A DNA stretch of 64,000 bases from contig DCVK01000023.1 in assembly GCA_002335385.1 (NCBI GenBank), positions 1,531-65,530 of the forward strand, written 5' to 3'. Shown here in pieces: positions 26,966-36,490 of the stretch. The translations under genes were made by a program, and so were the position numbers. Origin of the DNA: Candidatus Aminicenantes bacterium UBA2190. GTDB lineage: Bacteria > Acidobacteriota > Aminicenantia > UBA2199. Below the pieces are notes generated by a model. The model saw nothing but the letters and a program-made list of their open reading frames with translations, was not told the DNA's origin and did not search any database. The stretch's first letter is position 1; every line of letters begins with the position of its first letter.

Positions 26966-27922
26966 TTATTTCCTGCCCCAACTTGGCCAACCGTCCCATT
27001 CGCTCCGATGGGTCAATCTTTTTTGATTGCTGCCGTCGGCGCTCATGGTGTAAATCTCAAAATTGCCATCCCTCTCGCTCTGAAAAACGATGCTGTTCCC
27101 ATCCGGCGACCAGCAAGGATTCTCGTCACGGCCATTTGCGGTTGTGAGTCCAACATCCCCGCTGCCATCTGGATTCATTATGTGAATATCGCCTTGAGTA
27201 CCGCTACCGCTTATTACTGTCAGCCCGTAGGCTATCTTCTCGCCATCGGGGGACCAAACCGGAAATATTTTATGGCCCGAACTGTTGGTTATCCGCTGTT
27301 GATTTCCGCCATCACCATCCATGGTATAAATCTCATAGTTGCCATTTCTGTTCGACATAAAAAGAATTTTAGCGCCAGCGGGCGATTCAATCGGACGTTC
27401 ATCCCTGTATGGGTTATCGGTCAACCTCACCTGATTTGTTCCATCCGCATTCATCATCCAAATTTCGGTTCTATTGGTGGAATCGACGACAAAGTAGATT
27501 CTTGATCCATCGGCTGACCAGGACGGTTGATCCTCCGCATCATATGAATGGGTCAGTCTTTGCTGATCGCTCCCGTCCACATTCATCATGTAGAGATCTC
27601 GCGAGTTATCCCGTTCACTGACAAAGGCGATCTTTGAAAAATCGGGCGAGAAAGCCGGGCACTCATCGCTGGCGGAATTGGTCGTCAGCTGTCTTATTCC
27701 GCTGCCATCGGCATTCATGATATAAATATCACGGTTCCCCGATTGGCCCGAATAAAAGGTTATTATTCCTCCACCTCTGCCATCCAGGGGCGTGATGGCG
27801 GAATCGGGATCGGGTTCCGGTTTGACTCCTTCACAGCCACAAAAATTTAGAACGAGCGCGAATAAACAGGCAATGATAAACAAATAATTTGTCCTTCTGG
27901 CATTTGAATTGATCTTATTCAT
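26966..27922 (-). CDS. TolB-like PD40 beta-propeller lipoprotein
   Basis: Has a lipobox (NFCGC) and six to seven classic PD40 repeats (DGSxIAF.S.RDGNxEIYxMNADGS). Its GC content is visibly lower than that of its surroundings. Confidence 0.85.
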   Translation of the reverse strand: MNKINSNARRTNYLFIIACLFALVLNFCGCEGVKPEPDPDSAITPLDGRGGGIITFYSGQSGNRDIYIMNADGSGIRQLTTNSASDECPAFSPDFSKIAFVSERDNSRDLYMMNVDGSDQQRLTHSYDAEDQPSWSADGSRIYFVVDSTNRTEIWMMNADGTNQVRLTDNPYRDERPIESPAGAKILFMSNRNGNYEIYTMDGDGGNQQRITNSSGHKIFPVWSPDGEKIAYGLTVISGSGTQGDIHIMNPDGSGDVGLTTANGRDENPCWSPDGNSIVFQSERDGNFEIYTMSADGSNQKRLTHRSEWDGWPSWGRK

Positions 27923-27971
27923 ATTTGTTCTCCCAATTATTAATTGTGATTGTTTTGTTCATTTTCTATTC

Positions 27972-28067
27972 CTACGGTCTCAAACCTTCGATGAAGGTCC
28001 AGATGGCCAGCAACGGGACCGCGAGCCATAGCGACGTCCATGCGATGACTGTTTTCAGTGAGCTCAT
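27972..28067 (-). CDS. Candidate 31-aa hydrophobic micro-protein (MSSLKTVIAWTSLWLAVPLLAIWTFIEGLRP)
   Basis: Lies below the ORF-track size cutoff. AGGAGG sits 4 nt upstream of the ATG, and the peptide has a single TM-like helix. It lies between two same-strand genes. Confidence 0.35.
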   Translation of the reverse strand: MSSLKTVIAWTSLWLAVPLLAIWTFIEGLRP

Positions 28068-28109
28068 CCTGCCTCCTTGACAAAGATATTTCGTCTTCGT
28101 CCCCGCCGT

Positions 28110-28871
28110 TTATTTGAAGAAATCCTTTCCGAAATCTTCATTGATTTTGACTTCCTCCACGATGAACAAGTGGGGCGGCGCGGTTTTGTCGTGAACCCTC
28201 ATCCAGATATGCGGGAACAGCACGCCTCCCACTTCCCGATAATCGTAATAAAACATGGGCGAGTCCTTCCGGGGGGAACTTGTCGGCCAGATGCCGTGCA
28301 GCAAGCCGCTGTCGACATCGAAATACAGATCTTCAATGACTTTGTCGGGATATGCGCGGCGCAAATGGTAATACGCAAAAGGTTCCGTTTCAAAGGCTTC
28401 AAGCCCGACGTATTCATAGGCAATCTCTTGATTTTTATAATCGATGAAATTTCCATCAATTCTTTCATGGCGCATGGATTTCGCCCACCATTCGGTGAGT
28501 TCCCTGCGGCCGGCGGGAGAGACGGACCAGGTTTTCTCTCCGTCGCTCAGGGTGTAGCTCTTGTCTTCGGGGGACCTCATCGCGCGAAAAAAGTTGGGTT
28601 GTTGATGATAGCGAAGCACGGGAATGTCCCCCGTTCCAAATCGTGCATTTCTTCCCTTGACCATCATGGTTTTCACCGCCAGAATAGCTTCACGGCCGCC
28701 AATGGCTTCCACATGCCTGGCGATGACCGCATCGGCCGTCGTGAGCAGCTTGTCGCCAAGACGTTCTTTGACTTTGTTAATGTTATTCTGGCTAATGGAT
28801 TCCGCCTGCTGTGCCCCGACGATCAGTGCCGCTGCCAGCAGAAAACCAGCCACAAGGATCAGTTTTTTCAT
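28110..28871 (-). CDS. Secreted protein of unknown function (a LolA/RseB-like fold is possible)
   Basis: Has a signal peptide (MKKLILVAGFLLAAALIVGAQQ), AAGGAG upstream, and no catalytic motif. Confidence 0.5.
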   Translation of the reverse strand: MKKLILVAGFLLAAALIVGAQQAESISQNNINKVKERLGDKLLTTADAVIARHVEAIGGREAILAVKTMMVKGRNARFGTGDIPVLRYHQQPNFFRAMRSPEDKSYTLSDGEKTWSVSPAGRRELTEWWAKSMRHERIDGNFIDYKNQEIAYEYVGLEAFETEPFAYYHLRRAYPDKVIEDLYFDVDSGLLHGIWPTSSPRKDSPMFYYDYREVGGVLFPHIWMRVHDKTAPPHLFIVEEVKINEDFGKDFFK

Positions 28872-29071
28872 GTTGATCTCCTTTTTATGCTATTGATTCA
28901 AATCTTGATCGATTCCTTAATCGATCTATGAAGCTTGAATCGCCTGTTCCACTCCGGGGGCGAAAAGTTCCGGCGTCGTGCCCGAAGGCTTATGGCCCTG
29001 TGAGTTCATTTATCAGCCTCTGTATTCATATCCCTGTCTGAGCCGGGTTTCCAATTTGGAGTTGCAGCGGA

Positions 29072-30130
29072 TCATTCCCCGTTCTTTTTTTCAAAGAGGC
29101 TCGAATAGAGCTTGCGGACATAGTTCTCGGGGACCTTGTCGATGGGGTAGGAACCGTGCATCAGTACGTGGAGCCAGCGGCCGTCGCGCTTCTCCAGCAC
29201 CCCGGTCTGGAAGACGTTCTTCAGGCAGGATTCCTTGCCCTTGAAGGAACCGCAGTCGTCTAGAAAGCAGGAGTACCAGGCCACGTCGCCGGAACGCGAG
29301 AAAACGATGCGCAGGTCCCGGAACTCGAAGCGCGTCCCGCGGAAGTCAGGGTCCCCCCACGAGTCGGCGTACTTTTTGAAATTCTCGAGCCCCACCACCT
29401 GGCTGTCGGAAAAAAGCCAGAAATGGAACAGGTCGTCGGCCCACAGGCGGAACATGGCCTCAAAGTCCTTCTCGATGGCCCAGCCGATCGACTGTTCGAT
29501 GGCGTGTTTCACTGCCGCGTACTCAGCGGAGGCCTGGCTGGCCGCGAACTCCCGTTCGATCGCGTCGCATAGCTCCTTGACGGGAGCGCTCTCGAAGCCG
29601 TCGCCGGGAGGGGGACCGCCGCCGCGCGGGCCGAGCAGCAGGCCCTCACGGACCAATGTCACCTTATCCGGGAACAGGGCCGGTGGCTCCAGGTCGGTCA
29701 GGCCAGAGGCCCGGACGAGGAAATTTCCCACGCAGAAGGAGGCGATGAGCATGCCGTCGGCATGAGCCTTCTTCAGGAATTCCAGCACGATCGGATCCTC
29801 CTTAAACTTGCGGAACTGCGGGCCGCTGGGGATGATCAGCACGTCCCAGGCGGAGAGATCCTTCAGGTCGGGGATGAGGATGTCGCTCGTCAGCAGCACG
29901 TCACGCTTCTTGTTGTAGCAGCCGCGGTACTCAGCGTCGACGCCGACCCGCTTTTGTGTCCAGCCCCTGGACTCCATCTCCTTTTGCAGCGGGAAATAGG
30001 CGTCGCCGAACCACTCGCCTAAAAGCACCAGCGCGCGCACCGGCCGCGGCTGTTCCCGTCCAACCAGGTCGGTCGGCGCCGCCATGAGCAGGAGCACCAA
30101 AATGGCCGAAAAAATGGATATCTGTTTCAT
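29072..30130 (-). CDS. Secreted fusion of DJ-1/PfpI (class I glutamine amidotransferase-like) and SnoaL-like domains
   Basis: Has a signal peptide and the DJ-1 nucleophile elbow (MLIASFCVGNF). The C-terminal NTF2-like domain is homologous to the product of 35915-36466 (VLEKRDGRWLHVLMH versus VLEKRDGKWRIVQMH). Confidence 0.75.
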   Translation of the reverse strand: MKQISIFSAILVLLLMAAPTDLVGREQPRPVRALVLLGEWFGDAYFPLQKEMESRGWTQKRVGVDAEYRGCYNKKRDVLLTSDILIPDLKDLSAWDVLIIPSGPQFRKFKEDPIVLEFLKKAHADGMLIASFCVGNFLVRASGLTDLEPPALFPDKVTLVREGLLLGPRGGGPPPGDGFESAPVKELCDAIEREFAASQASAEYAAVKHAIEQSIGWAIEKDFEAMFRLWADDLFHFWLFSDSQVVGLENFKKYADSWGDPDFRGTRFEFRDLRIVFSRSGDVAWYSCFLDDCGSFKGKESCLKNVFQTGVLEKRDGRWLHVLMHGSYPIDKVPENYVRKLYSSLFEKKNGE

Positions 30131-30133
30131 GGT

Positions 30134-31936
30134 TTACTCCGAAAAAGTCCTGACCGGTATGCTGGGCAGCAGCAGGAAGATGTCCTTGTAATGCTGGCGC
30201 ACCATGTCGATCTTGGAGGGCGCATCGCTTTCGAGGCGGATGGGCAGATGGGTCAGGCCGATGTGTGCCGGCCGGATCACCTCCTGCAGCAGCTTGGCCA
30301 TCTCGGGATGCAGGGGAAACCAGAAGTGGACCAGCGCCAGGTCGATCTTCGCCTCCGCCAGGCCGAAGCCGCGGTACTCGTCGAGAGTCGCGTCGGCGTC
30401 CCCCTCGTGAAAGACATTCCAGCCGTTGAGGCGGAACCGGAACATCAGGTTCATCGGCTCCTCCTTCTTGCCGCTGTGCAGGGTGCGGCAGGCGGCAAGG
30501 GAGACGCCGGCGATCTCGCGCTGCGCCTTTTCGCCCATCTTGAAGCCGAGGGGCACGACGCGAGCGGCGATCTTGGGCCAGCCCGCCTCCTTGCGCATCT
30601 CGGCCACCGCGTCCTCGGGAACGGCCAGCATCGCCTCGGGATTGGTCTCCAGAAAGCGCACGGCCAGGGGCGCGGCAAAATGGTCGGGATGGTTGTGGGT
30701 GACCAGCGCCAGATCCACGCCGTCAAACGGCGCCTCGCCCTTGACGATCTTGTCGAGCACTGCGGGATCAGGGCCACGGTAATCGGCAGGAGGCTTGTCG
30801 AACAGGGCATCGATTAGAATCTTGGTTTCACCCGAGGCCAGCATGACGCCCGAATTGGCGACGCGGGTGAGCTCCAGGGGTTCCCGAACATTCCTGGGCT
30901 TTTCCGGGGTACCTGCCTCCGTCTCCATTCCTTCCGCTGCCTGGGGCCGAAGGGCTTCGATGACCTCGGAGGAGACCCAGTAGATGTCGCCCAGGCCGTT
31001 GCCGGGAAGGTTGTGCGCCTTGGTGAAATCGGCCAGTTTGACCGGGGCTGCCGGTACGCGGCCTTGCTCGAAGCGATGGCTGGTGAAAAAAAGATATTTC
31101 CCGTCCGGGGAGAGCATCGGGCAGAACTCGGGGCCGGGGGAGTTGACCTTTTCGCCCAAGTTGGCGGCCTGGGTCCAGGCTCCGTCGCCGCCGCGGAAGC
31201 TGACGTACAGGTCGCTGCTCCCCAGTCCCCCGGGCCGGTTGGAGGCAAAGATGAGCAGGTTTTCTCCGGGATCGACAAAAGGATCGAATTCGCGGTGCTG
31301 GGTATTGACCGCCTCTCCAAGCTTGACCGCTGCCGCGTAGGCGTCGCCTACCTTCTCCGAGCGGTAAATATTGTTGGTGCCGGGCCCTTCGCGCTGGCTC
31401 GAGAAGAAGAGCGCCCCGCCCCGTGTCATCATGGGATAGTAATCGTGGCTGTCGGAGTTGATGGCCGGCCCCAGGTGGACCGCCTCCCCCCACCCATTCC
31501 CCCTTCGCGGCGCCAGCCAGAAATCGTTGTCCTTGCGGGGCTCCGCTTCTCCGGGCCTGGGCCGCAGGGAGCTGAATAGGAGCGCATCTCCCGTGGGCGA
31601 GATGCTGACGTCGATGTCGCCGAAACGGCAGGCGAACGGCAGCAGCCGCGGCCTTGACCAGGCGCCTTTCTCCATTTTCATCTGAAAGATCGAAGTGGCA
31701 TTCGTGATGTTGCGCACGCAGAAATAGAACTCGCTGCCATCGGGCGAGAAGACGGAGTTCAACTCGTCCAGCCCGGTTGACACGATCCCCGGCGCGAAAA
31801 TTTCCGGCGTCATCCCCGGCGGTTTCTGGCCCAGGTAGGAGCCGGCGAGCCTGGGCCATTCATCGGCAAGTACCCGTGGGGCAATGCCGGTCATGATGAC
31901 AAGAATCAGAACGCTAAGAAAAGCTTTCTTTTGCAA
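30134..31936 (-). CDS. Secreted fusion of a PD40 beta-propeller and an MBL-fold metallohydrolase
   Basis: Starts at a TTG with GAGGAG upstream. It has the N-terminal family motif GSYLGQKPPGMTPEIFAPGIVSTG, PD40 repeats and an intact HxHxDH motif (THNHPDHF). Confidence 0.8.
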   Translation of the reverse strand: MQKKAFLSVLILVIMTGIAPRVLADEWPRLAGSYLGQKPPGMTPEIFAPGIVSTGLDELNSVFSPDGSEFYFCVRNITNATSIFQMKMEKGAWSRPRLLPFACRFGDIDVSISPTGDALLFSSLRPRPGEAEPRKDNDFWLAPRRGNGWGEAVHLGPAINSDSHDYYPMMTRGGALFFSSQREGPGTNNIYRSEKVGDAYAAAVKLGEAVNTQHREFDPFVDPGENLLIFASNRPGGLGSSDLYVSFRGGDGAWTQAANLGEKVNSPGPEFCPMLSPDGKYLFFTSHRFEQGRVPAAPVKLADFTKAHNLPGNGLGDIYWVSSEVIEALRPQAAEGMETEAGTPEKPRNVREPLELTRVANSGVMLASGETKILIDALFDKPPADYRGPDPAVLDKIVKGEAPFDGVDLALVTHNHPDHFAAPLAVRFLETNPEAMLAVPEDAVAEMRKEAGWPKIAARVVPLGFKMGEKAQREIAGVSLAACRTLHSGKKEEPMNLMFRFRLNGWNVFHEGDADATLDEYRGFGLAEAKIDLALVHFWFPLHPEMAKLLQEVIRPAHIGLTHLPIRLESDAPSKIDMVRQHYKDIFLLLPSIPVRTFSE

Positions 31937-32050
31937 TGGTCACTCTCCTCGCGAATATAGATGCTTGCTCATTCAATGAGGGGCAAGCCCTGGCGCTGGA
32001 ATCATAATAATACAATTGCCGACGAATGTTCATCGCTCCCGGGGGTTTTC

Positions 32051-32401
32051 TCATTCAGGAGACTTTTTGAAGAGCTCGTCCATGACCTCCAGGGCGAAGC
32101 GGCCGTTGACCACGGCGGGCCCGATGCCCATCTCGAAGGCGACCTCGACGGCCTCGAGGATCTCCCTCTCCGTGGCGCCGTCCTTCACCGCCTCGCTGAT
32201 GTGCCACTGCATGCACGACTCGCAGTTGTTGACCACGCTGATACCGACGGCAATCAGTTCCTTGACCTTCTTGGGCAGGGCGCCGTCGCGGAACGTCACC
32301 TTCTCAAGTTCGCTGATGGCCTTGAACACCTGGGAGTTGTACTGGATGAGCTTGCCGTTGGCCCACTTGCGCTGCCGGATCAGCTGTTCGATCTTTTTCA
32401 T
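32051..32401 (-). CDS. Carboxymuconolactone decarboxylase / AhpD-like family protein
   Basis: A 116-aa protein with a CxxC motif in AhpD-like context (VVNNCESCMQWH) and no signal peptide. Confidence 0.75.
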   Translation of the reverse strand: MKKIEQLIRQRKWANGKLIQYNSQVFKAISELEKVTFRDGALPKKVKELIAVGISVVNNCESCMQWHISEAVKDGATEREILEAVEVAFEMGIGPAVVNGRFALEVMDELFKKSPE

Positions 32402-32513
32402 GAAGGATGTCCTCCCTGCTTGGCGATTTCACCTGCTCCCTGCTTCCCGCCCTTCCTTGCGGCATGATGGGCGCGCCCGGAGATGCAACGCCGAAAGGAA
32501 TCGCGACCGCGCT

Positions 32514-33950
32514 TCAGTTGTTCAACTCTTTTTCGATCTGCGCGACGAACTTCTTGCCGTTCTCGTTTGCCGGGTTCAGTTCCAGCGATTTTTGGTAGAG
32601 CTCCAGCGCTTTCTTCTTGTCGCCTTTTGTGTACCAGCCTTCGGCCAGGCTGTCGTAGGCGTTCCAGGATTGCGGAAAAAGCTGCACATAGAGCTCGAAC
32701 ATGGCGATGGCGTCGTCGACTTTCTTCAGCTGCTGCAGCAGGAAGTAGCCCAGACCGGTGAGGTCGGCCTCGCTGTAGAAGTACTTGTCCCGGTTCTTCA
32801 GCAGGTCCGCCCGCAGCGCGGCAAATTTCGCCGTGAACGCGTCGCTGCCGAACGAGCCCTGCAGCTCGCCGCTCAGGGAGATCTTCCCGGAATAAACCTG
32901 GTAGAGGTGCTGGAGGGACATCTGGTGCCCCTGGATGGTGATGCCGGGGCTGCCGACCAGGGCGGGAAACTTGTCTTTCAACGTGTAGCCTGTCATGAAC
33001 TGGTTGAAGTCGCCCCCCGCCTTGGCCAAAGCCTCGATGTCGGAGAGCAGCGCTTTCAGGTAGTTGAATCGGGCCAGGAATCCCTCGAAGCTCAATTCGC
33101 CGTTCCAGTGGCCGGGGACATACTGCTTGATCTCGTCCTTGCGCTCGATCAGCGCCTGCCAGTTCTTCACCAGCACCGGGTAGTCCTCGGCGCTGCCGGT
33201 GCGGACGGCGAAGGTGGCCAGGCAGCCGGGAGTGTCGCTCAGCCACTTGTCGGCCATCATGTCGCCGGTGAGGAGCAGCCCCTTTTGGGGAACGAGGATG
33301 AAGATGTCGCTGGGGGTGTGGGTGCCGCCGGCCTGGTACAGCTCGAAGGTGACGTCGCCGCAATCCAGGACCAGCTTGTCCCGGAAGGTCTTGGTGGGGA
33401 AAGTGGGCTTGGGAGAGGATTGCAAGTATTCGTTGATCAGGGTGCTGATGGCCAACTGCTCTTCGGTGCCCGCTTTTTTTTCAGCCGCGATCTTGCCGGA
33501 CGCCAATTGTTCCCGTTGTTCCTTGATATACCCCGTGTTCCATTCGCTGCGCCGGGGGATATCCTGGAACATCTCCTCCATCATGCCTTTGACGTTCTCG
33601 TGGGCGATGATCTGGCAGTCGGCATAGACGCCGTTGCCGCTGACGTGGTCGACGTGGCCGTGGGTGTTGATCAGGTACTTGAAGTCGCCACGCCCGAGCT
33701 CGCGGGCGATGATCTTGCGGAACGCCTCGTCCAACTTGGGGATGTTGGTGGTGTCGATGACCACGATCCCTTTTTTTGTGGCGATCGCCGAAACAGCGGT
33801 CGACGAGACATGGTCGCCCACCCAGACGCGGACCACCCCGGGCTCGATCTTCTGCACGTGCAGCGGCAACCCCTCCACCGACTCGGCCGCGCAGGGAAGC
33901 GTCACAAAGGCCACTAGAAGCATGATAAGAAAAAAAGATTTTTTGTACAT
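32514..33950 (-). CDS. Secreted MBL-fold metallohydrolase with a C-terminal TPR module
   Basis: The start at 33950 has AGGAGG upstream and is followed by a signal peptide. It has an intact THGHVDHVSG, a downstream GGTHTPSD and a C-terminal TPR module. Confidence 0.8.
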   Translation of the reverse strand: MYKKSFFLIMLLVAFVTLPCAAESVEGLPLHVQKIEPGVVRVWVGDHVSSTAVSAIATKKGIVVIDTTNIPKLDEAFRKIIARELGRGDFKYLINTHGHVDHVSGNGVYADCQIIAHENVKGMMEEMFQDIPRRSEWNTGYIKEQREQLASGKIAAEKKAGTEEQLAISTLINEYLQSSPKPTFPTKTFRDKLVLDCGDVTFELYQAGGTHTPSDIFILVPQKGLLLTGDMMADKWLSDTPGCLATFAVRTGSAEDYPVLVKNWQALIERKDEIKQYVPGHWNGELSFEGFLARFNYLKALLSDIEALAKAGGDFNQFMTGYTLKDKFPALVGSPGITIQGHQMSLQHLYQVYSGKISLSGELQGSFGSDAFTAKFAALRADLLKNRDKYFYSEADLTGLGYFLLQQLKKVDDAIAMFELYVQLFPQSWNAYDSLAEGWYTKGDKKKALELYQKSLELNPANENGKKFVAQIEKELNN

Positions 33951-33976
33951 GTGTTTCCTCCTTGGTTTCAAGCGAT

Positions 33977-35899
33977 CTATTTTTTATTAACGGCATTTTC
34001 CGCCGGCGTCTCGCCGGCCGGTCCGGCTGGCAGGCGATAAGAAGAGAATATGGAATAGGCAGCGAGGGAGTTGGCGTCGAAGGTGGGGATGACGAGCAAT
34101 TTCAATTTGGGGATGTAGGCGAAGTCGGCGATCTTCTCTCCCGGGTTGGAGGTGTCGAGCAGCAGGGTCCGTTCTTCCTGGTTCGAGATGCGGAAGAGCT
34201 TGCCGTTGTGGTCGCCGGCCAGGTAGCCGCCGCTGCCGTCGGCCTCCAGGCCATCGATATTGGATCCCAGTTCGAAGCGGGCCAGCACCTGCACCGTCCT
34301 GCTTTTCAGGTCCACGGCGATGAGCTTCTCGTTCAGGCCGACCAGCAGCCGGTTCTTCTCGCAGAGCAGGGCATTGGGCCGGCTCAGGTTCTCGAGCCAG
34401 GGTTCCAGCTTGCCACCGGCATGGCGATACACAACGCCGCCCGCCGTGTCGGAAATAAAGAAATTTCCCTCCCGGTCCATGGCCACATCGTTGGCCATGC
34501 GCAGGCCGGGCAGGGGGATCGTTTCCACGATCTTCCCTTTTTTGACATCGATGACATTCAATCCGGAGCGGTCGACCGCATACAGCGTGTTGCCCTTGAG
34601 GCACATGCCGGTGGGCATGCGCAAGCCCTTGATCCATTCGCGCTCGATGACTTCTCCGGCCGGGGAGACCCTGGAAATGAACTCGCGCCCCTCGTTGAAA
34701 TAATTGGAGACGTAGCAGGCGTCATTTCTTGGGTCGAAGACAACAGCTTCCGGCAGCGCCAGGCCTTTTTTCGTGCTCCACTCTTTTTTCAGCGAGGGAT
34801 GGGTAAACACTTCGTCGTCGCGGCGGAAACAGAAGCCCCAGCCGCCCATGGTCTCGCCGACCAGCAGCAGCAGCTCGTTGTCGCCCTTTTGCAACGGCAG
34901 GTACAGCTCGTCCTGGTAGCCGACAATCCCCAGGAACGAGCGATCGCGCGACTGGTAGATGGCGTTGCCGGAGTAGAGGGGCCGGTGGTTCAGGAACACG
35001 GTGATGACGTCGCTGTAGCCGAAGCTGACCCGCAGCGGCGAGTCGCTCGCCGCCGTCAGCGTGGTCCTGGCCAGCACGCAGTCCCCGGCTTGGGATTTCC
35101 GCGGGAAACAGCGCGAGACGTCGACCATGCCGCGGCGGTCGGCCGCGACCGGCCTCCAGGCGGCGGAGGCCACGGCCTGCTCCGGGTATTTCGTGAAGTC
35201 GACGCCGATGGCTCCGAAGGGCTCCGAGATCTCCCAATCGGAGATGATGCCCCATGTTGCCTCGCGCGGCGCCGCGGGAGGGAGCAGCAGGCCGTCGATC
35301 GCCTCGTAGCGCAGGTCGGAAAAGAAGGCCGTGCCGTCCATGGGGCCGACCAGGCCGATGCTCCCGGCGCTTTCGCCGCGGGCCAGTTCATGAACAAACA
35401 GCACGGGCTCGGGAGCGTCGTTCCAGAAGACCTGCGCCTGGGTGCCGGCCACCACGATCTTCAGGCGGTTCCAACGATCGGGCAGGACCTCCATGCCGGC
35501 GCTGAGCCCCGGGCCGTTGTAGAACTGCCAGCTGTCCACTCCGTTGAAGGTCGGCCCATATTGCAGAACGTCGTCATAAAAAGGGGAGCGGTGCGGCCGG
35601 ACATAGAAGCGCTCGTAGTTCGCGGCGTCCTGCACTCTGAAGAGCACTCCGGGGTAGGATCGCGTCCTGTTCGTAGTGGCGATGTCCACCTCGATGATGC
35701 CGTTCTGCAGCCGGACATCCTTGAGAAAAGCCGTTCCTGCCAGGGCCTTTCTGCCGAGATGCTCCTCGATCTTGGCCCGGCTCAGGTCCCAGCGCTCCGG
35801 CGTGAAATCAGCCGCCGTTTTCTGAGCCGAAGCGGAAATCGCAGTCAAGAGCGCCAGCAGCATGCCGCAAGTGAACTTTCGGAATTTGCCGATCGTCAT
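33977..35899 (-). CDS. Secreted multidomain protein: DUF1080/LamG-like jelly-roll(s) + SMP-30/gluconolactonase/LRE-like six-bladed propeller
   Basis: Has a signal peptide and a DUF1080-like N-terminus (GIIEVDIATT...GVLFRVQD..YERFYVRPH). The C-terminus is a propeller (CYVSNYF, LYAVDRSG, GNFFISDTAGGVVYR). Confidence 0.65.
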   Translation of the reverse strand: MTIGKFRKFTCGMLLALLTAISASAQKTAADFTPERWDLSRAKIEEHLGRKALAGTAFLKDVRLQNGIIEVDIATTNRTRSYPGVLFRVQDAANYERFYVRPHRSPFYDDVLQYGPTFNGVDSWQFYNGPGLSAGMEVLPDRWNRLKIVVAGTQAQVFWNDAPEPVLFVHELARGESAGSIGLVGPMDGTAFFSDLRYEAIDGLLLPPAAPREATWGIISDWEISEPFGAIGVDFTKYPEQAVASAAWRPVAADRRGMVDVSRCFPRKSQAGDCVLARTTLTAASDSPLRVSFGYSDVITVFLNHRPLYSGNAIYQSRDRSFLGIVGYQDELYLPLQKGDNELLLLVGETMGGWGFCFRRDDEVFTHPSLKKEWSTKKGLALPEAVVFDPRNDACYVSNYFNEGREFISRVSPAGEVIEREWIKGLRMPTGMCLKGNTLYAVDRSGLNVIDVKKGKIVETIPLPGLRMANDVAMDREGNFFISDTAGGVVYRHAGGKLEPWLENLSRPNALLCEKNRLLVGLNEKLIAVDLKSRTVQVLARFELGSNIDGLEADGSGGYLAGDHNGKLFRISNQEERTLLLDTSNPGEKIADFAYIPKLKLLVIPTFDANSLAAYSIFSSYRLPAGPAGETPAENAVNKK

Positions 35900-35914
35900 T
35901 TCAGGTATCTCCTT

Positions 35915-36466
35915 CTATTTTTCTTCCTTTTTCGTTGCGGATGAAGAAAGCGCTGCTTCCAGCTTGGCCTTCACCGCGGCGGCGACCTTGTCGGAGGCAA
36001 AGGAGAAATGCATCTGCACGATGCGCCACTTGCCGTCGCGCTTTTCCAGGACACCGGTCCAGCGCGTGTCCTTCCAGGCGCCGGGCTTGCCGTCCCACTC
36101 GTAGAGGTCGTCGAGGATGCACGACCACCAGGCGGCGTCGCCCAGTGGGGAAAACTCGATGCGCAGGTCGCGGATGTCGAGGCCGGTGGCCTTGAAGCGC
36201 GGATCCATCCAGAAGTCGAATCCCTTGGTGAACTGCTCCCAGCCCGACGTGCAGCCTGAGTCAGGGTTGAAGATGAACAGGCGCTCGTCATGGACCATCG
36301 TGCTCTCGAGCAGCGGCCGGTCCTTGGTCAGCGCCCAGCCGATATTGTCGCGGATGACCTTCTCGATCACGATCTTTTCCGCGGCAGTGGCTGCTTCCGT
36401 GGCGGCGCCGAGGATGCAGGGAATCAGCAGGAAAGCCGCGAGCGCGGCACAGAACATTCGTTTCAT
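35915..36466 (-). CDS. Secreted SnoaL-like (NTF2-fold) protein
   Basis: Has a signal peptide and is homologous to the C-terminal domain of the 29072-30130 product. Confidence 0.65.
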   Translation of the reverse strand: MKRMFCAALAAFLLIPCILGAATEAATAAEKIVIEKVIRDNIGWALTKDRPLLESTMVHDERLFIFNPDSGCTSGWEQFTKGFDFWMDPRFKATGLDIRDLRIEFSPLGDAAWWSCILDDLYEWDGKPGAWKDTRWTGVLEKRDGKWRIVQMHFSFASDKVAAAVKAKLEAALSSSATKKEEK

Positions 36467-36490
36467 GATGCCTCCTTGGGCAATGGCGCT

